Virus record (IMG/VR): IMGVR_UViG_3300035510_000286
Location: 72,133 to 136,132 of that record
DNA from: a virus
Taxonomy: Duplodnaviria > Caudoviricetes
Length of the DNA: 64,000 nt
Strand: one strand, 5' to 3'
In this document: positions 27,577 to 39,801 of the stretch, one piece after another
How positions within the stretch are numbered: position 1 is the first letter of the stretch
How the letters are laid out: each line of letters starts with the position of its first letter
Notes under the pieces: generated by a model
Databases searched by the model: none
Told to the model about the DNA's origin: nothing
What the model saw: only the letters and a program-made list of their open reading frames with translations
Translations under genes and position numbers: made by a program

Positions 27577-29940
27577 ATGGCGAATATTACAGAAGTAGAT
27601 ATTTTAGATGAATCGAAAGAATGTTTTTTAACCTATAGTTCTGAGGTACTTACAGATCGTGCGGTGCCAGCCGCAGAAGACGGTCTCCTTTCCGCACAGC
27701 GTAAAATCTTGTGGACAATGGAAGATTATTTGAAAATGGATTCTAAAAGCAAGACTAAAAAGTGTAATGCTCTAGTCGGATCTACCCTAGCGACCTCGTA
27801 TTTTCACGGCGATCAAGCTTGTTATGGCGTGCTTTGTAAGATGTCCCAAGAATTTCTTATGAGGTATCCGCTTATTACAGGTCAAGGCTCTCTTGGTACT
27901 CAAGAATCTAATGATATGAAAGCTAGCTCGAGATATACAGAAGCTAAACCTTCTATTTACGCAGACTTGATGATGGGTGATTATAAGAAGAATGTAGTAC
28001 CAACAAAAGAAACTTACAATGGCGAGTTTATGGAGCCTATTGTTTTGCCTTCTCTTTTCCCTAATGCAATTTGTAATGGTAGACAAGCTATTGGCGTCGC
28101 ATTATCTCATTCTAGTGTGCCTCATAATCTAACTGAAGCTTGTAACGCTATTACCGCTTATATTGAGGATAAAATCTCGAATGTAGATGAATTAATGCAG
28201 TATATGAAGGGACCTGACTTCCCGCTTGGCGGTACTGTCATCAATAGTTCTGTGATTCGTGAAGCTTTTAGAACTGGTAAGTCTAAAGTTTCTCTAAAAG
28301 TTCGAGGAAATTATGAAGTAAATAATGATGAAATTATTTTTACTACAATTCCTTATAGAACTTATCGTGATAAAATTAAAGAACAAATCAATAAAAACGT
28401 CGAGGAATTAGAAAAGTATTTTGATGATTTCAGTGATGAATCAAATGTAGGTAAGAATAGATTAGTTTTTAAGATAAAAAGCGGAGTTAATGCGGCAAAG
28501 GCTTTGAATGTGCTTTTTGCTAAGACCGATTTACAGACTACTGTATCTTATAACATGAATTACATTGTTAATGGTACACCTAAGCTTTGTTCTATGTTGG
28601 ATCTAGTAGATGCTTATGTTAAACACCAAACAAATGTCCTACTCGCTGCTACTAAGTTTGATAAGGAAAAAGCCGAAGCAAGAGCGCATATCTTAAGAGG
28701 TCTACTTGTAGCATTAGATAAAATTAATGAAGTTATTGAACTTATTAAAAAAGCAGAAGGAAAGAAAGACGCTAATGCTAAGTTAGTAGATTTTCTCGGC
28801 ATTGATGAAATTCAAGCTAATGCCATTCTTGATATGAAACTTGCTAAGCTAACTCGTATTGATAAGCAAGAGCTAGTAGATGAATTAAAGCAGAAGGAAG
28901 AGATAATTGAGGAATGTGTGCGGATTTGCGAGGATGAAAGCTACAGAAATCAAGTCCTTATTCAGAAAGTAACGAGCCTTAAAGAGAAATATGGCGACGA
29001 GCGCCGCACAAAGCTGGCAGACATCCAAGAAGAAAAGCCTGAAAAAGCTAAACCTGAAATTGTGCCAGAGGATTGTGTTGTAAATATCTCTAAGTCTGGA
29101 TATATTAAGCGTATTCCTAGTAAGTCTTATAAGACTTCTCGCAGAAATACTGTAGGAGCTAAGAATGAAGATGTCATGGTATATACGGCTAAGACAAATA
29201 CGGTAGATACGCTTCTTATCTTTTCTTCTGCTGGCAAAATGTATAGACTTCCTGTCGTTGATATTCCTGAAGCTACTAATGCGACCAAGGGTCTATTACT
29301 CACGAGTTTAGTCGACTTCGAAGCTGGCGAATCCGCAATGGCTTATACTGTGTTAAATGACAATAGTACACCTAATTATGTATTCTTCGGAACTGCGGAT
29401 GGTACAGTTAAGAAAGCTAAGTTTGAAGAGTTTACTTCTACTAAGCACTCTAAAGGTGTTAAGGCTCTAAAACTGCGAGAGGGTAATTTCCTCACCTCTG
29501 TTGATTTTATGTGTGATGAAGATATTCTTCTTATTTCTAAGAGAGGTATGATTATTCGATTCGCTACAGAAGATATGCCACTTTCTTCGAGAACCGCGAT
29601 GGGCGTTAAGGGTATTAAGCTTAATGATGGCGATGAACTGGTTGCTTGCGTATCCATTAGAAAGCCTTATCTTGCGGTTGTAACGGCCGATGGCCACGGA
29701 AAGCTTGTTGATATGGCGGAGTTTAATACACAAGGCAGAGGTGGTAAGGGAGTAAAATGTACTAATGGAGTTGACATTGGCGGAGTAGCTCAAGTTGACT
29801 TAACTAGCGATATCCTCATTACCGGCGACCGCAGTTCTGTACGGGTTTCCGCCCAAGAGTTCCCGCAGTATAGCAAAATGATGCTTGGAAATTTGGTTAT
29901 TAAGAACAATGATACAGTGACTTCTATTACCGAAATTTAA
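27577..29940 (+). CDS. gyrA: type II topoisomerase subunit A (GyrA/ParC-like)
   Basis: DGL..QRKIL, YFHGD, ASSRYTE catalytic Tyr, C-terminal pinwheel repeats (GRGGKGV). Confidence 0.92.
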   Translation: MANITEVDILDESKECFLTYSSEVLTDRAVPAAEDGLLSAQRKILWTMEDYLKMDSKSKTKKCNALVGSTLATSYFHGDQACYGVLCKMSQEFLMRYPLITGQGSLGTQESNDMKASSRYTEAKPSIYADLMMGDYKKNVVPTKETYNGEFMEPIVLPSLFPNAICNGRQAIGVALSHSSVPHNLTEACNAITAYIEDKISNVDELMQYMKGPDFPLGGTVINSSVIREAFRTGKSKVSLKVRGNYEVNNDEIIFTTIPYRTYRDKIKEQINKNVEELEKYFDDFSDESNVGKNRLVFKIKSGVNAAKALNVLFAKTDLQTTVSYNMNYIVNGTPKLCSMLDLVDAYVKHQTNVLLAATKFDKEKAEARAHILRGLLVALDKINEVIELIKKAEGKKDANAKLVDFLGIDEIQANAILDMKLAKLTRIDKQELVDELKQKEEIIEECVRICEDESYRNQVLIQKVTSLKEKYGDERRTKLADIQEEKPEKAKPEIVPEDCVVNISKSGYIKRIPSKSYKTSRRNTVGAKNEDVMVYTAKTNTVDTLLIFSSAGKMYRLPVVDIPEATNATKGLLLTSLVDFEAGESAMAYTVLNDNSTPNYVFFGTADGTVKKAKFEEFTSTKHSKGVKALKLREGNFLTSVDFMCDEDILLISKRGMIIRFATEDMPLSSRTAMGVKGIKLNDGDELVACVSIRKPYLAVVTADGHGKLVDMAEFNTQGRGGKGVKCTNGVDIGGVAQVDLTSDILITGDRSSVRVSAQEFPQYSKMMLGNLVIKNNDTVTSITEI

Positions 29941-29949
29941 GGAGGTATT

Positions 29950-31047
29950 ATGTTCGATAAAGAAAAGATTGCAGAATTATATCCAGGCGCAGAAGATCTT
30001 ATGCTCGAGGCGCAGCTCATTTGGAAGCTGCCTTCGGGCAAAGAAGATATGTTTGAAAAAGTCTGTGAATCTGGAGAATACTTTCTTACAGAAAAGATTG
30101 ACGGTGCTTTATATCAATTTGTAAAAGTTGAAAATGGAGCATATCTATTCGGTAGAACTATTAGCAAAACTACTGGGTTACTTACTGAAAAACTAGATAA
30201 TGTACCGCATATCAGAGAAGCGCTTTCTGTGTTACCTTCTTCTACTGTTCTGATTGGTGAAATCTACTATCCGGGCGGAACATCCAAGAATGTAACTAGT
30301 ATTATGGGTTGTTTGCCGAAGAAAGCAATAGAAAGACAGAAGGATAATCCTATTCATTATTATGTCCATGATATTATTTTTTGTAATGGAGAAGATTTAA
30401 CTGGAATTGGGGCAGAAGATAGATATAACATTTTAGCTTCTTTGTGGAAAGAATATAACCTTGATTCTTATGATTTCTTGCGGTTGGCCGAGAAAAAGGA
30501 TGAAGATTTTCAAGCTATTCTCGCTAATATTCTAGCTTCTGGTGGAGAAGGTATTGTTCTTAAAAAGAGGGATGCGGTATATACTGCTGGAAGGCGCCCA
30601 GCTTGGAGTAGTATTAAAGTGAAAACTGTAGATACTATTGATTTAGTCTGTGTGGGGCTATGTAAACCCACTAAAGAATATACCGGCAAAGAATTAGAAA
30701 CATGGCCTTATTGGGCTAGGGGTGAAGAGTTAATTAACGAAAATAAATATGGAGAAGAAGGATGGGAACCGATTACTAAGCCATATTATTTAGGCGTAAT
30801 TACCTCTATGGAGATTGGCGCATATCATAATGGTAGTCTAGTTAAAATTGGTACCGTATCTTCTGGTTTTACAGATGATGATCGCGCCCAAATGACTTTT
30901 TATCCTGAGAGTTTTATCAATCATGTATTTAACTTTTCTTGTATGAGTATTGATAAGAAGGAACATACTCTGCGGCATCCGGTGTATGTAGGTCCTAGAC
31001 CAGATAAGAATCCGCAAGAGTGTATCCTGGAAGAAGTGTTTAGTTGA
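29950..31047 (+). CDS. ATP-dependent DNA ligase
   Basis: EKIDG, IGEIY, EGIVLK, IKVK, LRHP. Confidence 0.88.
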   Translation: MFDKEKIAELYPGAEDLMLEAQLIWKLPSGKEDMFEKVCESGEYFLTEKIDGALYQFVKVENGAYLFGRTISKTTGLLTEKLDNVPHIREALSVLPSSTVLIGEIYYPGGTSKNVTSIMGCLPKKAIERQKDNPIHYYVHDIIFCNGEDLTGIGAEDRYNILASLWKEYNLDSYDFLRLAEKKDEDFQAILANILASGGEGIVLKKRDAVYTAGRRPAWSSIKVKTVDTIDLVCVGLCKPTKEYTGKELETWPYWARGEELINENKYGEEGWEPITKPYYLGVITSMEIGAYHNGSLVKIGTVSSGFTDDDRAQMTFYPESFINHVFNFSCMSIDKKEHTLRHPVYVGPRPDKNPQECILEEVFS

Positions 31048-31233
31048 ATATGGAAAATAAAAATGATATAATTTATTGTGAAAAGTGTAGATGGTGGGCC
31101 GCAGAAGAACAAGTTTGTTGTAACGCAGACAGTGAGCATTGCGCAGACTTCACTTGTCCTTATGAATCCTGTTTATACTTTGAATTGAAATAATAAAAAA
31201 TATATATTATAATAATTACAGAAAGGTTAAGAG

Positions 31234-31434
31234 ATGACTAAGAAACAACTCCGCAAAATCGCGGATGAAATCATCTAGCTAGACAAAGTCTATAATGATG
31301 AAGAATCTACCCATGAGTAGAAAGCAAGAGCAGAAAAACGAATGTCACAAATAACTAATATGCTGATGTGTCTACCTAATGGATTAGAATTACTAGATGA
31401 AGTCGATTACCTAATAAGTAAAAAATATAATTGA
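31234..31434 (+). CDS. hypothetical protein (two TAG read as Gln; absent from the ORF track)
   Basis: MTKKQLRKIADEIIQLDK...; promoter and RBS upstream. Confidence 0.6.
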
Positions 31435-31452
31435 TAAAAGGAGAAAATTAAC

Positions 31453-31716
31453 ATGGCAATTTCTGAGAATAGCAAGAAGGTTATTAGTATTCTGCAGGCT
31501 AATGCAGATAAGGATCTGGTGGCAGCCGATATTGCAGATGCTCTGGGGCTGACTACTAAGCAGGTGAATGGTGCTTTTACTTCTTCTCTGCAGAATAAGA
31601 AGATGGGCTACCGTGAGGAGTGCGAGGTTGAGCTGCCTGATGGTACTCATAAGCGTGTTAAGTTCCTGCGGCTGAATGAAGCTGGCATGAACTATGATGT
31701 GAACTCTGAGGGTTAA
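31453..31716 (+). CDS. winged-helix-like DNA-binding protein
   Basis: AADIADALGLTTKQVNG...LNEAG. Confidence 0.65.
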   Translation: MAISENSKKVISILQANADKDLVAADIADALGLTTKQVNGAFTSSLQNKKMGYREECEVELPDGTHKRVKFLRLNEAGMNYDVNSEG

Positions 31717-31776
31717 TAAAGGAGATAGTAGGGAGAGAATGGCTTAGTTTCATTCTCTCCTTATCTAAAATAAAAT

Positions 31777-32757
31777 ATGGATATTTTAGCTTGTATTCTT
31801 GCCTTTGCATTTTGTTTTTTAGCAGTTTATGCCTACAGCTTAAAGTAGGATGTTAAAAAAACTGTTAAATTCAATGCAAAGTAGGCAGAAGAAAATAAAC
31901 AATTAGAATAGACAGCAAATGACTTAAAAAATACAATAGAAAATTTAACTTTAGAAACTTCAAAAGTAAAAAGTGAATTAAAAGATAAGCAAGATTCTTT
32001 ACTATATATTTCTGATTAGATTATACATTCTGAGAAGCAACAGAAGGATTTAGTAAATGACCAAGCTGAACGCCTAAGAATAGCTGGACAAGCAGAGAAG
32101 GAAAAACTACAAAGAGAATATGAAGATTACCGAGAAGAATTAAGGTCAAAACTAGAGAACTTCAAAGATGAAATCTCGTTAAAACAAACTTCTATTTAGA
32201 GTGCTATAAAAGAAGAGGAATCTAAGTTAGCAGAATTGCGGGCAAAGTAGGATACGTATCTCTAGGAGCAACAGAGAAAAGAAGAAATGCTTCGTAAGAA
32301 AGATTATTATCGTTTATGTATCTCTGATGCGGAAATTGCGGATGTGCAAGCTTTGAGGAACTTTCAATCTACCTTCTCGCGCAAAGAAGCTATAGATAAA
32401 ATTTTGTGGGATATTTATTATAAACCCGCTTTTGACGTTCTTTCTTCACATTTGTTTGAAGGAACCGGTAAGGTTTGTGGAATTTATAAAATTACTTGCT
32501 TAGATATTGATAAAGCTTATATAGGTCAAAGCGTGGATATACGAGAACGTTGGCGGCAACATATCAAGTCTGCTTTATCTCATGAATCTACTTAGAATAA
32601 ACTATATAAGGGCATGAAGGAATATGGCGTTCATAATTTTACTTTTGAAATATTAGAAGAAGTACCTAGAACGAAGTTGAATGAACGAGAAGTTTATTGG
32701 ATTGATTTCTATAGAACTCAAGATTTTGGATTCAATGGAAATAAAGGTGGTAGTTAA
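31777..32757 (+). CDS. N-terminal TM + coiled coil + C-terminal GIY-YIG protein (8 TAG read as Gln)
   Basis: Single frame of 326 codons; CGIYKIT..YIGQSVDIRERW..H..NEREVYWI. Confidence 0.8.
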
Positions 32758-33512
32758 TGGAAATTGAAAATATTTATGCAGATGGTTTTGAAGCAGCGAT
32801 TCGAGGTATGAGGAATCCTATGAACTCCTGGGACCGCAGTGATTCAGCTTATATTGTAGATTTTTATATGAAATCGTTTAATTCTAAAGTAAAAAGAATT
32901 TATGATTTATATGAAAATCCTGATTTTACTTTTGAAGAGTTTAAGAGAAATGGCTCTCTTGAGAGTGAGGTTTATGATTTAGGTTATTTCATTGGGCCTA
33001 ATGACATGGATTTGGCGTGCCGATTGGTAAAATCTGGAAGTGAGCACCGTAAGTTCCTTAGACAGATTAACGTATCTATGGATATTACAGCACCGATTTA
33101 TTTCTGGAAGGAAATGGACACCTATAAGCTCGGTACGACGTCGAATAGTACCTCGACAATGCATAAACTTGCTTCCACTCCTATTACTCTTGATTGTTTT
33201 GAAACAGATGATTATGAACCTAGACTTGATTTAATTGATGATTCAAATCTCGGTATGAGAGTTGAATGTCTCATTAGTGATTTAGAGCAACTACGCCAGA
33301 GATTTAATGAAACAAAAGACAAAAGATACTGGAAGGAACTTGTGCGCTGGTTGCCTGAAAGTTGGTTGCAGACGAGAACTTGGTCAGCAAATTACGAGGT
33401 TCTAAGAAATATTTGCCATCAGCGCAAGGGCCATAAACTAAGTGAATGGAAGTATTTTTATGATACTATTGCTACAGAAGTTCCTTATGCAAAGCAATTT
33501 ATAATTGATTAA
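32757..33512 (+). CDS. conserved phage protein, possibly ThyX-like fold
   Basis: AIRGMRNPMNSW, HRKFLRQI, APIYFWKEMDTY, STMH. Confidence 0.55.
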   Translation: MEIENIYADGFEAAIRGMRNPMNSWDRSDSAYIVDFYMKSFNSKVKRIYDLYENPDFTFEEFKRNGSLESEVYDLGYFIGPNDMDLACRLVKSGSEHRKFLRQINVSMDITAPIYFWKEMDTYKLGTTSNSTSTMHKLASTPITLDCFETDDYEPRLDLIDDSNLGMRVECLISDLEQLRQRFNETKDKRYWKELVRWLPESWLQTRTWSANYEVLRNICHQRKGHKLSEWKYFYDTIATEVPYAKQFIID

Positions 33513-33563
33513 AAAATAAATAAATGATATAATAATTAAAAAGATTAAGGAGAAAAAAGAAAT

Positions 33564-34481
33564 ATGGCTAAGAATAAGTTTGTAAATAGTGTTTATATTG
33601 AAGGTTATCTCTATGAGCATAAGCTTGAGAAGAAGGTTACTGGTCCTAACTCTAAGAAGCCCGGAACCGACTATATTAGAGGTACTATTAGCATTGCCAC
33701 TGATGAAACCTTTATGAATGTTATTAGTGTTTACTTCTCTTACATTGATAGTTCTAATAATAACTTCTCGATTCTTGATGGTATTGTTTCCGGCCAGTAT
33801 CCTTATGTGATGAAGGATGGCAAGGAGAATCTTACTTGTCTGAGAGTCAATACCAACATTGCACTGAATGATTTCTATACTAAGGATAATGAGTTTGTTT
33901 CCACTAAGAGAAATGAGGGTGGATTTATTCATCTGATTAATCCTAGTGAACTCAAGTCTGATGTCAAAAAGCGGTCTGAGTTTGAAGCAGATATTATTAT
34001 CAATGGTTTTACTCGAAAGGAAGCCGACGAGAGTAAGAATCTGCCTGAGAAGGGTATCGTGAAGGGTGCAGTCTTTAATTGGCGTGGTGACATTCTTCCT
34101 TGTGAACTTAGTGTCCTGAATCCTAGAGCTATTGACTACTTCGAGAGTCTTGAGCCTTCTACTGGAAATCCTGTGTTTACTCGGGTTAAGGGTGTTGAAA
34201 TTTCTCAGACTACTGTCCGCACTATTGAAGAGGAATCTGCGTTCGGTGAGCCTAGTGTGCGCGAGGTCGTTTCTTCTTATAAGGATTATGTAATTAATTG
34301 GGCGCAGCCTGAACCTTATATCTGGGATGATGAGAGTACCATTACTGCTGTGGAGCTGCAGGAGAAGATTACTAAGAGAGAGATTGACCTTGCCGCAGAA
34401 AAGAAGCGGACTGAAGATTGGAGAAATTCGCAGAATAATGCTAGCGCATTTACTGTGAACAAGAACGAATACAATTTTTAA
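33564..34481 (+). CDS. putative single-stranded DNA-binding protein
   Basis: NSVYIEGYL OB-like start; replication context; aromatic C-terminus. Confidence 0.55.
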   Translation: MAKNKFVNSVYIEGYLYEHKLEKKVTGPNSKKPGTDYIRGTISIATDETFMNVISVYFSYIDSSNNNFSILDGIVSGQYPYVMKDGKENLTCLRVNTNIALNDFYTKDNEFVSTKRNEGGFIHLINPSELKSDVKKRSEFEADIIINGFTRKEADESKNLPEKGIVKGAVFNWRGDILPCELSVLNPRAIDYFESLEPSTGNPVFTRVKGVEISQTTVRTIEEESAFGEPSVREVVSSYKDYVINWAQPEPYIWDDESTITAVELQEKITKREIDLAAEKKRTEDWRNSQNNASAFTVNKNEYNF

Positions 34482-34493
34482 GGAGGTTGAATA

Positions 34494-36623
34494 ATGGCTA
34501 TTAATCTTCTTAGTGTTCAGCCTCATAAGGTTTCTCGAGACCTGAGCGGCTATATTACTTTTTTATTTGGACCTGCGAAAAGCGGAAAGACGACCTTCGG
34601 CACTCAAATGCCAGGTCATCTTCTCCTAGCGTTCGAAAGAGGATTATGAATAACGCTTATGTTTCTTCTTATAAAAACAAATATTCTTTAACAGAACTTG
34701 GAAAGGATTACCTTCAAAAGCATTTGGAGAAAGGAGAAAGCTATAAAACTATAGCAAAAGAATTTGATATAAATCCTGATACTTTAAGTACTTTAGGTAA
34801 AAAAAATATGGTATTCAAAAAGATAATAGAAGAAAATTTTCTTTAAATGAATCATATTTTAAAAAAATAGATACTAAAGAAAAAGCTTATTGGTTAGGAT
34901 TTTTATCAGCGGATGGCTCAATTAGCGAAGATAGGGGTCGAGTAGATATTACTTTGCAGCCTCAAGATGAAGAGCATTTAGAAAAATTCTTAAAAGCTGT
35001 TGGCTCTAATAAAAAAGTAACTCATAGTGCTTCGCAAAAGGGTAAATTCCCAAATGTTTATGTTCATCTTAATAGTGTTAAAATGGTAAAAGATTTAGTA
35101 GTTTTAGGTTGTCATCAAAATAAAAGTTTAGACTTAGAATATCCTACAGAAGGAAAAAGTACCTAAAGATTTACAACTTTATTGGATTCTAGGATATTAT
35201 GATGGAGATGGCGGGATTACTTATTCAGAAGATACTAAAAGATATAAAACATATTTTACAGGAACTTATGAAGTAATTTCTAAAATTAATGAATTTTTGG
35301 GATATAATAATTCTATTCGCCAAGAACACAGATGTACAAATAATACTTATAAAGTTGAATATACAGAAGGAAAAACAGATGAATGGCTTAGTAAAGCTTA
35401 TGATTCTGATACTAAAAAGTTTTGTTTAAAAAGAAAATTAGATAAATTTGAAAATGCGTTTACAGTCCGTAATACAAAGTGATTTGTATTAACGCCAAGA
35501 ATTGAACTGCGGGAAACCCCTTAGAGCTTTAATAACCAAACTATCATAGTAATATAGATAGTGGCGAAGGTAATGACTAAGGTATGGTAAAATCATTAAA
35601 GATTGGGCAATCCGCAACGAAGCTTCCAACTTGGAAGAACGCTCAACGACTATCCAAATGGCGACGTGAAATACGTCTATAGGAGTAGGGCCTTAATGGT
35701 GGGTGAGAACCCCTTAAATCGAAGTGGTTCGCTTCTTTAAAAAAGAAGAAAGATATAGTCTATTCTTATAGGAAACTATAAGTAGTAAAGATAACGCAAT
35801 ACCGGGCGCGATGGCTCAAGACATTACATCTTGGGGCGAGATGAAACAAGTCTTGCGAGAGCTGAAAAAGCCAGAAGTTAAAGAAACTTTCCAGAGTGTT
35901 ATTGTGGATACCGCTGATATTGCTGCTGATATGTGTCAGAAGTATATTTGTAATCAGCTTGGAATTGACAATATCGGGGACGGCGGATGGACTAATAATG
36001 GCTGGAGTAAATATAAAAAGGAGTTCGAAGACACTTTTAGATCTCTGGCTCAAATGGGATATGCAATCGTGTTTTTGTCCCATGACAAGGAAAAGACGGT
36101 TAAGCCGCAGAACGGAGCTGAATATCAGCAGATTGGTTCCTCTATTCAGAGTTCTGCACTTTCTATCATCGAAAATATGAGCGATATTATTGCTTATGCA
36201 CATCCTAAGATGCTAGCAGATGGTACATCTCGCATGGTACTTACTCTTCGCTCCCCTGATAATAGTATTCGATGCGGTTGCCGCTTTAAGTATATTGAAC
36301 CCGAGATTGACTTTTCTTACGAAGCTCTCGTTTCCGCTCTTAACAAGGCTATTGATAAAGAAGCAGAAATGACTGATGGTAAATATGTTACTAATGAAAA
36401 ACAGCAGATTACTGCCGCTAAGGAATATGACTTTGAAGGCATGATGAGTGAGTTCCAAAGTCTCGTTGGTACGCTTATGGAGCAGAATCAGTCTAATGCA
36501 ATGAAGATTACTGCTCTTGTTGAGAAATATCTTGGTAAAGGTAAGAAAGTTGGAGATTGTACTCCTTCTCAGTGTGAGCAATTAGAGCTGATTCTTTTGG
36601 ATATGAAAGATATGGTTGAATAA
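34494..36623 (+). CDS. AAA_24/Sak4-like ATPase; exons 34494-34644 and 35791-36623
   Basis: Walker A GPAKSGKTT; spliced junction AFERG-YNAIPG; Walker B VIVDT. Confidence 0.85.
34645..35790 (+). mobile_element. group I intron with a LAGLIDADG gene in the P1 loop
   Basis: U|...G boundaries restore the frame; core aatccgcaacgaagc, acgacta...agatatagtc. Confidence 0.85.
34646..35482 (+). pseudogene. intron-encoded LAGLIDADG homing endonuclease with two frameshifts
   Basis: AYWLGFLSADG and ILGYYDGDG motifs in different frames; shifts near A-runs at about 34800 and 35155. Confidence 0.75.
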
Positions 36624-36713
36624 AATGAGAAAGCAAGGGCTTTGAAGCTCTTGCTTTTCTTATTATAATATGATATAATATTTATATAAATTAAATGGAA
36701 AGGAGGAATATGT

Positions 36714-37232
36714 ATGGCCAAGCATCTCGTTAAATGTCTGTATTGTGGCGAGCAAATGGATGTAAATAGCGAGGAGTATGTAAAACCGAGATCGAATAGA
36801 TATGCCCATAAAGCTTGTGCGGAAAAGGGTATAAAGATTAAAACCCCAGAAGAGCAAGATCTTGAGAATTTGTATAGTTATATCAAGCAATTATTTGGTT
36901 ATGAAACTATACCAGCAGTAGTAACAAAACAAATTAAGCAATATGCTAAAGAATATCATTATACTTATTCTGGGATGCTTAAAACTTTAGTTTATCATTA
37001 TGAGATTAAACATGGCGATTTATCTAAAGCAGAAGGTAGAGTAGGAATTATCCCATATCAATATGACGATGCAGCTAGATATTACTACTCTATATGGCTC
37101 GCGCAGCAGCAGAATGATAGTATAGATTTGGATGAATATATACTTCCGACTAAGACCATTCATATATCTTCTCCTGAGCGAGAAATAATGAAACGGAGAA
37201 ATAATTCTTTTTCTTTCCTAGAGGAGGAGTGA
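36714..37232 (+). CDS. zinc-binding replication-associated hypothetical protein
   Basis: CLYC..H..C; GIIPY; directly upstream of the helicase. Confidence 0.65.
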   Translation: MAKHLVKCLYCGEQMDVNSEEYVKPRSNRYAHKACAEKGIKIKTPEEQDLENLYSYIKQLFGYETIPAVVTKQIKQYAKEYHYTYSGMLKTLVYHYEIKHGDLSKAEGRVGIIPYQYDDAARYYYSIWLAQQQNDSIDLDEYILPTKTIHISSPEREIMKRRNNSFSFLEEE

Positions 37233-37233
37233 A

Positions 37234-39800
37234 ATGAGCGATTACATTGATACTACTGCTGTTATTCAGGTAATTGGATGCGTGTTAAATACTCCTTCTA
37301 TCTTGGATGAAACAGATAAATATACTATTACTGATGAAGATTTTGCACAAGAGTTTCATAGAATTGTCTTTGGTAGTATTTATAATATTCATTCTAGTGG
37401 TAATGACGTCACAATAGATAGTATTATAGATTATTTAAGCAACAGACCGAAATATGATGCAATCTTTCATCAGAATAAAGGTCCTGAATATCTAGTTAAA
37501 ATTTCACAAATAGCTACTCAAGATACTTTTAATTATTACTACAATAGATTAAAGAAATTCACTCTTATGCGGGCGTATGATAATTTTGGCTTAGATATGC
37601 GTCAGTTCTATGACCCAACTAATGTGTTAGATACAAAAAAGAAGCAACAGCAAGAAGATTGGTTAGATAACATTTCACTTGCGGGAATAGCTGAAATGAT
37701 TGATGCTAGTATTGATGACATTAGACTAAGATGTGTTGATGACGACGGGACTGAAGGTTATCAAGCTGGTGATGATATTCTCGCGCTTATCCAGGATTTG
37801 GAAAAACATCCAGAAGTTGGAATTCCGCTCTACGGGCCTCTTATTAATACAGTTACTAGAGGCGCGAGACTTAGAAAATTTTATCTTCGGTCAGCAGCTA
37901 CAGGGGTAGGCAAAACACGCACTATGGTGGCAGATGCCTGTAATTTTGCGTGTAACGAAATCTATGAGCCTGACTTTGGTATGTGGATTAGAAATGGTAA
38001 ATCTCAGCCAACTCTTTTTATCGCTACAGAACAAGATAAAAGTGAAGTACAAACTATGATGTTGGCTTTTGTTTCTGCTGTTAATGAAGAGCATATCCTG
38101 AATGGTCAATATGAAGATGGAGAAAGAGATAGAGTAATCAAGGCGGCAGAAATTCTTAAGCAAGCTACATTATGGATAGAAGAACTACCAGATTTTTCTC
38201 TGCAAGATATCGAAAACAAAATTAAAAAAGGCATTAGAGATCACGACGTAAAATACGTGGTTCAATAAAGTGAGCCAATGAAAAACTTTTCCAGCTACCA
38301 CTGGGGTTTGTTTAATAAACAAGCTAACGGGGAAGCCTAAACTAGTAATAGCATGGTAATCCCGTGGGAAACTTTGGACAGAAATAATCAAAGTTGTTGT
38401 GACTATTTTCATATATAGTATAAATAAAAAAAGGAGAGTTACAATAATGGGAATTATTTATTGTTTTACCAATCTTATTAATAATAAAAAGTATATCGGA
38501 CAATCAATTCGAGAAGATAACACTAGATATAATAATCATATTTATGATTCAAAACATGAAAAAAGCTCTGGATATGAATATCCTTTACATAGAGCCATTC
38601 GGAAATACGGCATTGAAAATTTTAAATATGAAATTTTAATTAGTGGAATTGATGATATAAATATCCTTAATTAGTTAGAAGTATATTATATACAAAAGGA
38701 AAATAGCCAAGTACCAAACGGATATAATATTGCAGATGGCGGCAAAAATTGTTCAATTCCTAAGACAGAAGAACAAAAAGAAAAAGCTACATGGTCGCAA
38801 GCTAAATTAACTAAAGAAGAAATTATTGAATTAAGATTGGCGTATTAGAGAAAAGAAAGCCCGAAGAAGATTTATAATGAAAAATATAAAGATAGATTAC
38901 ATTATAATTCTTTTTTAAATATTTGGTCTGGCAGACGATACAAAAATATTATGCCAGAAGTACTAGAAAATGGGCGTCACACTAAAATGACTTTAGAGTT
39001 AGCTAATGAAATAAGAAATATTTATCAAACTGAGAAAATTTCTTATCAGAAGTTAGCTGATAAATATGGAGTATCTAAAAGCACAATAGCGGATATTATC
39101 TCTAATAGGACATGGAAAAATGTCTAAAGAACCTGTATCGACTATTCCCGAGGCCTTCTGGGCGGGGAAGTAGGGCTGTTATTGGTACACAGCGAGATTT
39201 TAGGAAACGAAGTCTCTGAAAACCGAAAAGGTTTCCTTCCAAAACGGAAGTAAAATATAGTCAGTTCTTATTGAAAAATAAGAGGAAAAATGTCACGATT
39301 ACATTCATACTAGCTTAAAAATCTTAAGCGAGATTACGAGGAAGAGTGGCGGTGTTAGGTTGCGTGAGGACAATGTTCTTTTTATGCTTTCAGCTCGTTT
39401 AAAAGATATTGCTAATACTTATGGTGTTTTTATTTTATCGGGCACTCAGCTTAATGGTAGCTATACAGATAGCGAGACTCCTGACCAAAATTTACTTCGA
39501 GGTGCAAAATCGATAGCGGACAAGATTGATGTCGGTATGATTCTATTGAACGTAAAAGACGAAGATCTCGTTAAATTAGAACCAGTTCTTGCTTCTGGCA
39601 GATTTAAAACTCCAAATATTAAAATGTCAGTTTATAAAAACAGAAGAGGTAGATATAAAGGAGTTTATCTCTGGTGTTATGCCGATTTAGGAACTTGTAG
39701 AGTAAAACCGATGTTTGCAACTACTTATAATCACGAAATGGTTAGTATTGAAGATATTAAAATTATGGTGGATGATGATGCGCCACCTTGGGAGGAATAA
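37234..39800 (+). CDS. dnaB: DnaB-like replicative helicase; exons 37234-38261 and 39293-39800
   Basis: SAATGVGKTR; spliced KYVV-HDYIH; TQLN, LRGAKSIADKID, KNRRG. Confidence 0.9.
38262..39292 (+). mobile_element. group I intron (in dnaB) with GIY-YIG homing endonuclease gene
   Basis: P1 tggt/gcca; gctaacggggaa; gtatcgacta...atatagtc; terminal G. Confidence 0.88.
38447..39127 (+). CDS. intron-encoded GIY-YIG homing endonuclease (TAG read as Gln)
   Basis: MGIIYCFTNLINNKKYIGQS; frame open through TAGs to TAA 39125-39127; C-terminal HTH. Confidence 0.85.
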
Positions 39801-39801
39801 T

